In this document: positions 12,001 through 23,400 of the stretch, one piece after another
Layout of the letters: each line of letters starts with the position of its first letter
Numbering within the stretch: position 1 is the first letter of the stretch
The notes under the pieces: generated by a model
What the model was told of the DNA's origin: nothing
Databases searched by the model: none
What the model saw: the letters and a program-made list of their open reading frames with translations, nothing else
Origin: Macrostomum hystrix
Taxonomy: Eukaryota; Animalia; Platyhelminthes
Direction of reading: 5' to 3'
Length of the DNA: 64,000 bases
Assembly (NCBI GenBank): GCA_950097015.1
Contig: CATNEN010000038.1
Coordinates: forward strand, 20,770,001 to 20,834,000
Translations under genes and position numbers: made by a program

Positions 12001-13856
12001 CCGCAGACGCCCACTGGACACCGGATGGTCCAGTTCTGCGTGGCGAACTCGGCTTGATGGCTAGCCCTGCGGGATCGAGAAAGAAGGATCCGGCATAAAT
12101 GACAAATCTACAAAGATTTAGGCGCGATTTAGATCTGTACAGATTTGATATCGATAGATTGATATATCAATTAGATGGATTGATTGATAAGAAATATGAA
12201 ATATTTTTTCGCCGGTACACACAGATTAGTGTACTCCTCGTATCGCAATGGCGTCAATTGCACTACAAGCCATCAAGCTTCACGGCTGCGTCCTAAAGAA
12301 ATTTTTGATAAAAAAACAGTAGAGCTCACGTCTCCACGTGATGCAGATTGGCAGTGGCAAAAAATCTGAAATTGTGCACAGCCCTGGGAATGTCCACCGC
12401 TCTGGCCAGCCACACCGGCTTGCCCTGATCGCGCGACTCCAGCTCTGCCAGCTCCTCCAGGTGGTGCTCCAGTAGGTCAGCGATGAGTAGAAGCTGCCGA
12501 CTTCTCTCGGTGGCAGACTTGCAAGACCAGCTGGTGGAGTGCATTTTGACGGAGGGAGCGCGTGAGTTATGGACGAGGATTCAAGTTTTTGCTTTTTTGA
12601 TAGAGGTTGTAGCCGAGTCGTTAGGGCGTCGGACTCACGACTTGAAGGTTGGGGGTTCGATTCCCGACTCCACTGAAACAAATTGTGTCCGTTAGCAAGA
12701 CACTTAACTCTGCAGTGCTTCAGTTCACCCAGCTGTTAAATGGTTTCCAGGATTAGCTGGGAGAATTGCAGGTGGGTGTGTCGTCCCCCAGTCCATGGAC
12801 TAAACAGCTGTACGCAGTCTTCAGATGCGCCGCGCAATAGCTGCGGCTGTGCTGTCGGCTGCACATCTGACCCGATTGGGGCAGGTGTATTCAATTATTA
12901 TTATTTTTATACTAAAAGCGACACTTTTGTTAGTTGGGAATACATTTATATTTATGCAGTTATTAGTTTTAGAGACATGTGATCTAGATAAATCGATAAA
13001 AAGTTAGAGAGATAGAAACCAAGAAGGTAAAAGCTTAAGGTAGAAAAAATCATTGGATATAGGATCTATAAAAGTTGATATTAGATCTAGATCAATGGAT
13101 AAAGGATCTAGATAGATAATTATAGGATCTAGACCGGATCTAGACCAAGGTATGTATATATATTCTCTCAATGGATTACAGATAGTTACAGTGCAGGGTA
13201 CAATGGATACAAATTCCAGATTGTTAATATGATAAAGGGAATAAGATCAGGATCAATAGATATGGGATCTAGACCAATCAAGGATTTAGGATCGAGATCA
13301 GTGGATAGAGGTTTGATTGCGGGATGTTTGCCATAGAGATATTGTTAAAAGAAGGGTCTAGATCAGGGGTCAGCAAAGTCCAGCCCGCTGGCCAGATGCG
13401 GCCCGCTGCCCCTTCCAATACTTATAGTAACCTGTCAAACTTCTCTCTAATCTGCAGATGGAGAGTCTTATCTATCCTGTCTCATTTCTCCCGTGTCTCC
13501 CGCCTCTCTCCCTGTCTCATGTCTTCTCTGTCTTATTTATCCCATTTCGACATGCGGCCCGCTGTCGTATTTTAAGTTCTTTCCGTGGCTCGCTCGCTAA
13601 TTAGTCTGCCGACCCCTGGTTAATGTGGTCTAGACAATTAGATGGAGGATCTAGATTGAAAATATCTGAAATACCCTGGAAAAGCTTCCTCGGCAGCGCT
13701 AACAGCGGCATCGACGTCGGTCGAGTCGCTGTCCGGCACGCGAGCCCACACGGTTCCTGTGGACGGATCGATGCTGTCAAGGTAGCCACCTCCGGCTGGA
13801 GCAGCGAATTTGCCAGCGATGAAATTCTCCAACTGCAGCTGCGCACCGGTGGACAT
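12..13856 (-). CDS. ALDH8A1: Aldehyde dehydrogenase family 8 member A1-like (2-aminomuconic semialdehyde dehydrogenase); 8 coding exons visible, last exon(s) outside the window
   Basis: Phase-consistent GT-AG exons (minus): 13856-13675, 12530-12330, 12066-11933, 6062-5818, 5194-5124, 5043-4939, 3280-2977, 107-12. The translation has ENFIAGKF..DSIDPSTG, ESRDQGKP..DIPRAVHNFRFFA, GVCGLISPWNLPLYLLTFKLAP, KPSELTSVTA, FTGST, SLELGGKN (catalytic Glu), NQGEICLCTSR (catalytic Cys), EIFGPV and ANSVKYGL. The PWNLPLYLLT and GEICLC motifs are characteristic of the ALDH8/HMSA dehydrogenase group. Confidence 0.92.
405..870. repeat. 31-bp minisatellite GAGATACAGATTAGACGATGAGAAAATTTAT
   Basis: Direct tandem array, about 14 copies, in ALDH intron 7. 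Confidence 0.95.
1145..1232 (+). mobile_element. SINE family A, head fragment
   Basis: Matches the tRNA-like head at 12605-12690. Confidence 0.65.
1826..2692. repeat. 16-bp minisatellite GAATCCCATCCTCATT
   Basis: Direct tandem array with recurring variant units. Confidence 0.95.
3416..4050. repeat. Degenerate ~21-bp minisatellite AACAGTTTTCTAAATGTGTTT
   Basis: Direct tandem array, diverged. Confidence 0.9.
4062..4690. repeat. 24-bp minisatellite GGGGGGAATTAGTTCTYTGCTGCT
   Basis: Direct tandem array abutting the previous one. Confidence 0.95.
5257..5629 (+). mobile_element. tRNA-derived SINE family B, full length
   Basis: A box TGGCAGAGCGG, B box AGTTCGATTCC, a body of about 300 bp nearly identical to 37699-38060, and a (TTA)n tail. 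Confidence 0.8.
5680..5785. repeat. 32-bp tandem repeat, about 3 copies (CCTTATACCTGACAGTCTGTGGGACTAGCTGA)
   Basis: Seen directly. Confidence 0.85.
6297..7997 (-). CDS. DEG/ENaC (amiloride-sensitive sodium channel family) subunit, intronless, about 566 aa, nested in ALDH8A1 intron 3
   Basis: Uninterrupted ORF; the first ATG is at 7997 (the track starts at a TTG at 8024). It has a pre-TM1 STAHA (HG-like motif), TM1 LFWLLAFLGFLGLM, post-TM1 FPDVYFCN, a Cys-rich thumb region and TM2 QFIADIGSALGLYLGCSLLTVFELFE with a GxS selectivity filter. Confidence 0.9.
   Translation of the reverse strand: MTADTRLPLSEIVREAVANSTAHAICRVAPASRSAALRLFWLLAFLGFLGLMLNSCVAYVARLNSPKVQSEFQAEKVRFEFPDVYFCNSLQAAGSFIYLLNKSEADQVNVPFSAAQAKFDQVLKSLNASESENSTFSEFKLLSSIQSLKYKLLADIVGQRKLQTFYGNFGIFTAGSESLLRSPVAVETLYHPNHLKCFKLALTPTELAKMQDTNSRLKLNLLLDPHFYQFDILGFMSPGDSRLPNSMVLISGHPTYIYPFDWDLENPLGFDRGSGMYLYLTSRGQYPSRLTSTVISLAPGRAYDLAISMRDAQMTPEDFPNQCIDQHDPALFLNPYSGSADAFSYSEAHCYYSEIARDMQQRYNCSPKPDPTPWQFRHLALCLNLTAAGTVENIHRNMKAAVKARLDADSGNNTWDQACAGKRLCRRRTYSVTSSFGLWPNQASLIRLVDNILRSLLDGVYRADFRSLDTAVRTMNYADRNNVISLEDGISRYFQRAAVSVTLRAEATHSSLTTFRLDYRLTQFIADIGSALGLYLGCSLLTVFELFELLHDVLTLSNCLKLTAKN
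8453..9414. mobile_element. P-element-superfamily non-autonomous/internally deleted DNA transposon (962 bp)
   Basis: Perfect TIRs of about 128 bp (8453-8580 / 9287-9414) begin CATGGATGAATAATAT, compared with CATGATGAAATAACAT for the Drosophila P element. The 8-bp TSD ATCGAAAT lies at 8445-8452 and 9415-9422. There is an internal THAP ORF. Confidence 0.88.
8917..9204 (-). CDS. THAP zinc-finger domain protein (truncated P-type transposase N-terminus)
   Basis: MNKDVRICAAIGC...LFSYP...W...LCELHF matches the C2CH THAP signature with conserved P, W and F. The start codon is uncertain (ATG at 9204 or 9276). No catalytic domain follows. Confidence 0.75.
   Translation of the reverse strand: MNKDVRICAAIGCLSKSGQGTKPVTLFSYPIGDPYRLAQWNSNVQAKPHFKFGARKFLCELHFEQRDMQAHGRSKRFLRNIFAFGCGMYFGGLTL
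9500..10360 (-). pseudogene. Decayed protein-coding fragment of unknown family
   Basis: GC-rich, coding-like stretch inside an AT-rich intron. Minus-strand frames read as protein (RAALIELACCSLALDYFRHLLEV..., QVHLLLVLDE, PFDVRCLEHLSTDKLLVLSAD...RRL*RLRLDPLLEQELF) but carry several in-frame stops. Confidence 0.4.
10623..11554 (+). mobile_element. Tc1/mariner-IS630 (ITm) superfamily element, internally deleted
   Basis: Imperfect TIRs of about 195 bp (10623-10819 / 11358-11554) with TA(TA) on both flanks. The broken ORF from ATG 10822 encodes an HTH-type N-terminus (ISEQDRRRLIDAF / WQQLARQLNIPRQSARNVIVKYEQSGRVSALRRGG) joined to a transposase-like C-terminus (CEAWHRESVRYIPRCIAMEDI, stop 11278). 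The DDE core is absent. Confidence 0.8.
11590..11750 (-). mobile_element. SINE family B fragment
   Basis: Reverse-complement match to the body (CACATTTATTTGGAGCGCAGCCGAGGAGAGAAGGCTTGGGG). Confidence 0.6.
12605..12910 (+). mobile_element. tRNA-derived SINE family A, near full length, with CORE-like central domain
   Basis: A box TAGCCGAGTCG and B box GGTTCGATTCC, then TGTGTCCGTTAGCAAGACACTTAACTCTGC...CAGCTGTTAAATGG (resembles the CORE-SINE domain), a 3' part with the palindrome AGTCCATGGACT and a (TTA)n tail; multiple copies in the window. Confidence 0.8.
13364..13618 (+). mobile_element. hAT (Charlie-like) MITE, short copy
   Basis: TIRs CAGGGGTCAGCAAA / TCTGCCGACCCCTG; shares subterminal GGCCAGATGCGGC and CGGCCCGCTGTCGT with the copies at 34376 and 49634; short internal CT-rich tract; TSD not clean. 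Confidence 0.7.
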
Positions 13857-16800
13857 TGTTTAGATTTGGTTCCTAACTGTTTCAATCAACTAGACACAGG
13901 CTTTTCTTGTTAGCTGAAAATCAACAACAGTTTAGAATTAAAAGGTGTGTGCCACTAGAACAGCTACACATGACCTTGAAAGAGAGAAAATAGTAAACAA
14001 TTTGGCTGGTGAGACTAGAGACTAGAGCTAGGCATAAATAGCTAAACCAGATAAGCCTTGCCTGGACGGTTTATACATTTAGCTGGGCATGTACATGAAA
14101 ATGCTTGACTTGGGTTTTTTATACTGATAAGGGGCCGGGTTGGTTCGTCAGAATTAGAAAATAACTGAAGCTTTGTAACTTCTTGATTGCATATTTTTTG
14201 GATTAATAATATTTCGAAGAACCTATATGAGCACAGTCTTTTTAGTTCTCGAATGTCAAATATTAATTAAATGTTCTTATCTTCAAGTAAAAATGTATAC
14301 TTTTATTGCTTTCTGATTTGCTGATCCACTAATGTGTGTATTATGAGGCAATTGTAAAACTTGTAATCTACGAGTATATCATAAATTGTTTTATGATATA
14401 CTCTTTGCCCTATACCCTTAGCGTTTAGCTTTCGTTTTGTGTATTAGGTATCAAGTTGTTGTGTTGTCGTGGAAATTGTACTTTTCCAATATTGGCTTGG
14501 ACAGCAAGCGTGCCCTTCATTCTCTGGCCGGTTGTCTGCCCGCCTGCCCACGCGATTCATTATCAACTTCTTCCCCCCAGTCTGGACCAAAACACTGTTG
14601 ATTCACCCGCTATATTTTATCGATCGCAATATTAACCCAGCCACTAAAGGCACCCACAGGGTTCTTCATACCCTTGTTTTCTTCTCTGCTGCCCTCCCCA
14701 CTCTGTCTTATTCCCAGCCAATCATATTTAGCTTGGCTGTTCTGTTATCTATTTGTTTTATCTAGTCCCGTAAACTAAATGGTTTCACTAATAATTTATT
14801 CATTTTATTACATAAGGCTTAATTGATGTTTGATTGTTTTCGCTGCAGCTAATTAAAGCACAGTGAATTAAAAAAGTTATACTTGATTACAGTATTTCAA
14901 CAAGGACCACTAGGAGTAGAGAGTTCACGGACCTCCTAGTTGTCCTTGTAGTATTTATGTACTCGTACATTAGGGCAGAAAAACAAACAATTTATTAGTT
15001 TTAGGTCTAACGCCGCGGATAAATCTGAATTCTGAAGTAAGTACACCAGCTGAATAGCAAAGTTGGGGCATGACTGCGTGCTTATGAATCATTTTCTAAT
15101 GAGTATGAGTAATTAACTAACAGTATTCACCGCTTTTTTTACTAAATTATACGCCTTTCCTGCAAAATAATACTTAACTGATATAAACGCAGAAATTAAA
15201 TAAACACTCTAACAAATGTGCTCGCACAGAAGACCAAATATTTTAAGATTTTTAGAAGCGCTCATTTTATAATTCTCGCAGAAGCTCAAAGTTTATGAAT
15301 TAATAAACAAAAATGTGTATTTTTGCATACTCGTTTATATTATCAAAGTATCAATAATTTGCACAGTTCACATTGATGGCTTTAAATAACCAAATATGAA
15401 GTAAAACATATATCAGAGATTGCGAATCGATGCGCATAAACGTTGAGATTAAGGGGGGCTTGAGAACAGGGGCTAGCTAAATGTCTGCTATTCCAGAAGC
15501 TCTTGAATAATAAAACTCAGCTGATAGCAAAAAGCAACTGAAAAATAGAGCGAGAAAAGTTAGGAAAAAAAAGTAAAAAAACAAGGTGACAAAACTAAAC
15601 AATGCTTGTATTACAGGAGACAAACTAAATGAAACGAACCATCAATAAACAAACTAAAATTGTTACTAGTACAATACATTGTGAAAAGTAAACAGTTTAG
15701 CTGTTCCAATACGCTTCAGTTACGAATTGATGATGATGACAATATTTTGTTTATCCACACAAGGGCGCATTTGAAAATTAGAAAATTTAAAGTAGAAATG
15801 TTTTTAGAATATTAGTTATTACTAAATCAAACACAACAATTAAAATACTTAAATAATGCTTCAGCTAGCCAGCCAATTTGTGGAATATCTGGCAAAGACA
15901 GCAGTTAAACAATATAAATCGATATTTGTGTATCACAATGAATATGCAATCATCAAACTAAATGGCAGATTATACAACAATCCACATGTCTAACTAATTG
16001 TCTGGATTTCGAAGAACAAAACATGTTATTGCAGCGATAGGATAATAATAGTAATAATAGTTTTAATACTAAACATATGATTAAATCACAAGCTATTATC
16101 TGCCACAATAGCATTCATTAGAGAGTTGTGGAGGAAAACTCAATTTAACGGACACAGCAGCTGCAGCAACAATAATACAACTAACCTTGATTATCACAAT
16201 AATTATTTTTCTCACAGGAGACACATTCTAATAAAGAAATAGAATGAATTTTTCATTGAATCCTATTCACATTATATATTGCACATGATGATAAACTGTT
16301 AATGTGTTTGCGACTAAATCGAACGGACAAGAAAAAAAGAACTATAAATAAACTGTTTATATTGCTTTTTAGGATGTCATTGCAGAATAATGAACATAAT
16401 GTTTGTCTTTTGCGTCTCAATTTGCTGACATTATTCAGTGCGTTAAAATAGCAAAACAATTCACAAATTGATCCTTTACATATTACACACTACTAATAGT
16501 AAGAGTTATCAACCAAAAAGGTTTATTAAAAAAACATTAAGCCATTAAAAAGTCGCTCGTGACCTGTTTTCCAGCATAGCTGAAATATAATATTATACCT
16601 GTCTCTTTCCTAATTAGTCCCATGCTCCCTGTATTATATCCTTATCTAATCCCTTTTTTGTCTCATTTCTTCTTATCAGTTCCTTGTTGTAGTTATATAT
16701 GAGGTATTTATATTGTAAAATATTTTACAGCATAATTAAGTCTTTAAGGCGTTTATCAGGGTTTGAGTATTCTGGTTTTTTCTAAAGCTTAAGTCTTTAA

Positions 16801-17199
16801 AGTTTTCTTGAGAACCAATTAGTATAAAAAAAAATAAGTGACAAAACAATAGCAAAGTATAACAACAGTATAAATCCGAGACAAAGAGAGAGGAAGTCAC
16901 ATTAAATAAAAGTTTATAAACAAGGGATAGAAATTGTGCTCATTAAGTTTTTGTGTCACAACACTAACTAAATAGATGCGAATGTTTCCGAACAAAAAAT
17001 TAAATATCAATAAAAAGCAAATACAGCCGCTTGCTTATCTAAGAAGAGGCTATAGAATTCTGTAACAATATTAGCATATGCTTTTTAAAGACAATGATTA
17101 ACTAGCTTGAATTTTCCTAATGCGCTACTTACTACAGGTAGACAAAAGTAGACAAAAAGTACATAAAGTACATTCCTTGCATTTATACTAGTAATATAT

Positions 17200-17408
17200 C
17201 TAAAAGTTTGTAACCTCGTTTGAGTCCACAGCAGAGAAAGTTGAATGACCCATTCTCTTGATGGCAGTGGTGCTAGCAGTGGTAGCAGCAGCGGCAGCAG
17301 ATTGGCCAGAAGGTAGAAAAGTTGAACTAGACGAGTCCACGGACCCGGTGCTGCTCTGACCACCGATAGACGGCTCGCGAACGTGCGATCGGCTTGAGAT
17401 TGTAGATG

Positions 17409-17439
<31 letters not shown>

Positions 17440-20400
17440 AGGCGGTAGCGGCGCTTGAGGCTTCCTATGACGAACGGGGGATTGCAGTAGCTGCTGCTGC
17501 TGCTGCGGTGTTTGCGTGTGCTGTGTGCCTCCGCCGACTGAGCCGGAGTGGGAGCGTGTACTAAAAGTTTGAATCGATAGGTTTCACAAATGAGTAAATT
17601 AGCCACAACATTATTACGTTAATACGTTACTAAAAGTAGCGCTACTTACAGTATCTGTTTCATCATTATAGTTTCAGTATGATAAAATGTTAGGGCGCAG
17701 AAATGTACTACTTGGAAAAAAGTAGTATATCCAACTCTAGTGCGATAATCTGACTAGATCTCGACTGGTTGTGTATAAATATGAGCACTAATTTTCTCAT
17801 TTTTATTACACACCCGTCTATGCGTACTTGCTTACGATTCGATTCGAATGATTTTAACACATGCGATGCAATTGTATGAAATCAGAGATTTAATATAAAA
17901 AAACTAATTTTAGTCGCATTTGCACTTTCAACAACAGATTGAGTCTACGAACAATGTCCAGTAGATTATTATTAGAGAGAATTTAGCTAAAGTCGTCTAT
18001 GGTTAAAATTGTCGTAATTGTTGTTAATCTGACACTTGCTTTGCTATGTCAAGCTACTTGACATTTGCTATTTGCTTTTTCAAATAATATATTTCATTAC
18101 AAGAGCTTCTTAGAACTAAATATACACATCATTTCTCTTTCATAATTCCAAGTGCTTTTCTATGCTATTTTTAGAACCTTAGCCATAGACAGCTAGAATG
18201 CATTTTATGCACCAACCTAAATGCACTCTAAAGGCCAATTACGAGTACCATTATTTGCACAAAAATGTTTCGGTCATGTACGCTTTAAAACGGGTTTAAA
18301 AATTTCATACGCAGATTAAAGAAAATAACTGAATACCTGACTGACAAAGACTTGGGTTTGTTGCGTCTTAGCAACAACTGTCTATGGAGGCTAGAAAAAC
18401 GGGGTAATATAAATTAGGAATAGTTTTAGCACAGCAATACCATAGTTCATTCACCATAAGCAAAGAGCATTTTAAAGTTGAAATTTCATCATTCCGAGAG
18501 GTCGAGAGTTCCAGTCGCAGGCAAATGTAAACAAATAGGTGCGGCGCCCTCCAACCCAGTCCATGGACTGAAAAGCAGTACACTGCCTGTGCCATTGGCT
18601 ATAAATCTAGCTCTTTTAGGGTAGGTTTAATTAAATATTTATGATTAAAAACGCACACAAGCATCACATGTAGATCAATCTGCACACACTCTATACTTAC
18701 AGCCACACACACACACACACACACGCTTTGTTTTAACGATATATAGCATAGTTGGCGATAAATGCAACAAAAAAACAAAACAAGCTAGCAAAAACCTATT
18801 TTTTTTCAGTTACGCACTGAGTTAAAGTATGCAGAACATGATTTGGAGCTGAAAAATAAAATAATTGTTCTCCATTTTTGTTAAAAAAAGTATTCCGATG
18901 AGCAAAGTAAAACGGCACACGGAGCAGTTTAGAAAGAAAATAATTTAATGGATAACTAAATGTTTGAAAGTTAATTATTAAAATAATATTGCTTCTGTAG
19001 TCTATGGCCTATACTGCTATTGAATGGACTACCAGTATTTAGTCTATTCAGTATTTTTAGTGAAGTATATAATAAAACGTCACAGTAAATTAAGTACGAG
19101 TAATTTGATATAGTGTATAAATAGTGTGGTCATAACTATAAATATTAAACAATAAGTATTACTGAACAAATGAATCAGCAACTCGATTAAACATAAAATT
19201 GTTCTTGAATAATACGACTATTAAGATTTATTGTTAAGGAAACGTCTAATTTTATCGAAACGTTGGATAACACAACTTTCTCGCTGCTCCTAAAAGTACA
19301 CAGACCTCAGTTTTCTTCTAAAGCTGCTGGTAGCCTTTAGAAAAGTGGTCAAACGTTTGACGTGACCATTATTTCTGCAACGATAATTAACGCAATAGGC
19401 GGAAATCAGCGATGCGTTATATGGTGCTACCGATTATTAGCAAATTTAAATTAAAATGATTTAGCAAAGCACAGGAAAGCACAACAACAAATGCAACAAC
19501 AATTGCAGAAGACTAAACCTATTGCATCTAGCTGAAAACAATATACTTGTAAGAGCAAAGCGTAGAGGCGAATAAAAATGCTAACTAAATAGTAAACTAC
19601 TGAATATATACTTAGTGAGTGAGTAGTAAATAAGGTAATTAATGTGAAATCAAAATGACTCACTCGGCAGATCGGGCACTGCTAGCTGCAGCAGCAGCTT
19701 CGCTACCGTCCCCAATGGTGGTTGTAGACACAGACAGTGAATGCTGCTGCAACAACTGGTGCTGCTGTTGAAAATCGTTGCTTGCCTGCGTTGGCATAGC
19801 AACAGCGCCGACGCAAGGCGCTTCAGCCGAGGTTGGCGACTGAGCCGGCGGTATGGACAGGTTGCTAGGCAAATTCATGAATTTTGGCTCTGGAGGAGGG
19901 GGAAGAATGGGAAGCCGATTTATTGACTATATAGAATTAGTATGCATCATACTACTAGGGCTGTTAGTAGTGATATGTACGCAAAACAATACATTTGGAA
20001 GACGACATGATTTGAATACTTATATACGGTTGATTTTAACGCAATAATTTTCGGCTCTTAAATGAAAGACTAAGAAAAGAAGTGAATTAGGATAGAAATC
20101 AACTCAAAGACATATCACACTCAGGTATTAAGATTTTTGCTGTACATTATATAATAAATTACAAACTTCAAAGTACCTATGTCCCTATTGTGCAGACTTT
20201 AAAACACGACAATTAAAACGGTGAAAACAAATACAAAAACACGACAAATACACAAATATATACAAAATTTGGGATAAAAAAGGGGAATATTTCTAACCAA
20301 GCTAGGTTAGAATATTTCCTAGGATTATCTAGGATTTTTAGTTAAGAATATGACACCACACAAATAGGACTAAGACTAATGATTAATACCGAATGGAGTA

Positions 20401-23400
20401 GTACAAAGGTTACTACTATTGAGGTTGCTCATTGATCGCAGGCGTTGCTGATTATTGGCGGCGAAATCGGACGGCGGCGAACGAAGATCTGTGATCGAAA
20501 TTGACACATTAGATATTAAAAAACAATAAGAATACGCACATGCTTAGCAGGGTTTTTGTATACTTTAACTAAAGGAAATAAATGATAAGTTTGGTAATGA
20601 ATCACAATTGTCAAACGAACTATAAGCTAACGACTTCATTACTGATGCTAATATGCCAGACAGTTGAAAGCGAAGAATTACACATTCAAGCTGTGGAGAT
20701 CTAGCGGTGCCCATATATACTTCTGCAAGGATTCTGACTAAGAATTCTACAACGATTCTGTATACAATTTATGCTACGATTCTAACTACGATTCTGGCTG
20801 CGAATCCTGCTACGATTCTGGCTGCGAATCCTGCTACGATTCTGGCTGCGAATCCTGCTACGATTCTGGCTGCGAATCCTGCTACGATTCTGGCTGCGAA
20901 TCCTGCTACGATTCTGGCTGCGAATCCTGCTACGATTCTGGCTGCGAATCCTGCTACGATTCTGGCTGCGAATCCTGCTACGATAATACTATTAGTAGCA
21001 ATATTAATAAGTATTGTAAATGAGGTAAACAAACAATAGGTTGACAACAAAAACCGCAAGCCCAGAGAGGAACAACAAAGACTTTACTAAGATTTTACAA
21101 GCACACCTCAAATTAAGTAACAGACGCAGACAACAAAATTTTTTTGAGGAAAAGCTACTACAATAAAGCAGGATGGTAAGGTGAAAACAAAAGCTAATAT
21201 CTAATAATTAGGCGGAGGAAGTGTAACGCAAAAGGTAAGCGCATTCTATGAGCTAGCAGAGGCAAAGCAAGGACCGCGATTGTAGACCTTTGAATCTCGT
21301 CAATCGCGGACTATCGACACCGCCAGATGCACTATTAGTTGACGAAGAAGCTCCAAGAGAGGCGGATTTCAACAGGTGACCTTCAAATATACTGCGCGCC
21401 TGTTTCACAAAATCGTGACTGGCAGTGCCAGAGCTACCAACCACGGCGGCTAAATTAGGATTAACCGGCAATGGCTGCAAAGGCCGATCTAGACGGCCTA
21501 GCGATCTATCTAGGCGAGGCTGCTGCTGACTACTGGACTGGCTGGGGCCTGAACTAACGGATGCAGCCGGAACAGACGAGGCGCCAGCTGCAGCGTCGGC
21601 CGCGGCTGCGACTCCGTTGCTACGCAAAGCGTGCAAAGTAAACGCCGTGTCGTATAGATCGGTGTGAAAACTCTTCGTAGAAAATTTCTGTCCACCACTA
21701 CTACTATTAGTAGCGGAAGAGTCGAACGCGCCGAAATTAGTCGGCGTGCCAGGATCGGCAGCACCAACTCCGGCGGTTGACGACGAAGCGAATGAGGCGG
21801 CGCCCAGACTTCTCTCTGAGTCGCGTCTGAGCGGATGCTGCTGCTGACTGCGATGCGACAGTGAGCCAACTGGGGCTACTGGCAAGGGAGTTGGGTCTTA
21901 CAGGGGAAATCAGGCGACAACGAGGAGGGAGAGAGAGGTAGGATAGGTTAATTATGTCAAATGACGGCTATTGAAACAGTATTTTTAACACGTCTGCCTC
22001 TTGCACCAAGGTCCCTGAGCTCGATTCCGCGGCGAGGTCATATTCGGTGCCGCGGAGACAAGCTTTTGGGGATGCCGTTCAATTTTCGCCCTTAAGGACC
22101 AACCTCCAATGGACAAGTGAGAGACTGTGCGCTGCCTGACGATGAGAAATTCAGGGCAGATATACACACCTGTGTGAGTCTAGCGTCACCAAATTATGTG
22201 CAATAATATGCAGCTCTCTTGCAAATATTTTCACATTTTTATGCACAAGAAAATCAATTGTAACAGCTGTAAAAATAGGGTGCATGTGCCAGTTTCAGGG
22301 ACTGGAATGCATTTACACTGCTTTTGGAAGCGCTGTGCACCCTGGACTGTGCATCTATTTAATTCAATATTTACATATATCAGTGACTTTCATAGAAATT
22401 AAAAGACGTCTTTTCTTTCTATGCGTCCATTGGTAGAGTCAGAATTGATACAATTCGCATATTAATATCTCTGATTAGAATCATTAGTCAACAATTGAAA
22501 CACTTCCGGAATGGGCGCAGCAGCAGAAACTGCCAGCACTAACCACATACGGACCCGTCTATTAGAAGGCGAAATTTTTTCTACAGGTAGCGAAATAATT
22601 CAACTGCCACTACATTTGTACAGTACTTATTCCAGTGCATGACTGTGTGAGTGTAAATTAACAATAAAAAAATTATTACGTCTCAGAAAAGAATTTACTC
22701 ATAAGAAATTCACTCACCTTCGCTGCCGAAACAAAACTCCTGATGTACAATGAGATTCTCAACAATTAGTGTGCCCAAATTGGCGCTATGCAAATCGTCA
22801 TAGTTAGGCGCCGATGCAGTTGTGCTTCCAGGAATGCCGGTTAGGGTCGCCGAACTGCCATTGGCTGGGAGGGTGGCAGCTCCCTACAATAGGGACAATA
22901 AATTGACGATGTTGATGCGGTGCCTTTATTAATCAATACGGTGGATTAATAAGGGGGTTTGAGCAATTGGCGACAGTGTATTGACCATGGCATTTAGACA
23001 AATCACATGACACTAAGGTGGTATGGCTTATAACCAATCAGGTGACACGTAGGTGGAATGGCTTATAACCAGGTGGCTTATATCAGGTGACACTTAGGTG
23101 GAATGGCTTATAACCAATCAGGTGACACTAAGTTGGAATGGCTTATAACCAATCAGGTGACACTTAGGTGGAATGGCTTATAACCAATCAGGTGACACTA
23201 AGGTGGAATGGCTTATAACCAATCAGGTGACACTTAGGTGGAATGGCTTATAACCAATCAGGTGACACTTAGGTGGAATGGCTTATAACCAATCAGGTGA
23301 CACTAAGGTGGAATGGCTTATAACCAATCAGGTGACACTAAGGTGGAATGGCTTATAACCAATCAGGTGACACTTAGGTGGAATGGCTTATAACCAATCA

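Noticed and set aside
12605-12672. tRNA gene (also 1145, 5257, 37699, 49335)
   Set aside because: The tRNA-like heads continue into shared SINE bodies and tails and have poor acceptor stems.
14405-14800. Possible LINE 3' remnant (ORF 14469-14765, RFIINFFPPVW)
   Set aside because: The resemblance to LINE ORF2 C-termini is too weak to call without a search; no reverse transcriptase motifs.
13857-17199. RhoGAP-ALDH8A1 operon / SL trans-splicing (TTTTCAG acceptor about 57 nt upstream of the ALDH ATG)
   Set aside because: The genes are co-oriented but 3.3 kb apart, and the acceptor could equally be a cis-spliced 5' UTR intron. It cannot be resolved without transcripts.
17085-17606. 173-aa Ser-rich ORF as an independent gene
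   Set aside because: It is an alternative frame over the RhoGAP last exon; the spliced frame is the Gln-rich one ending EVTNF.
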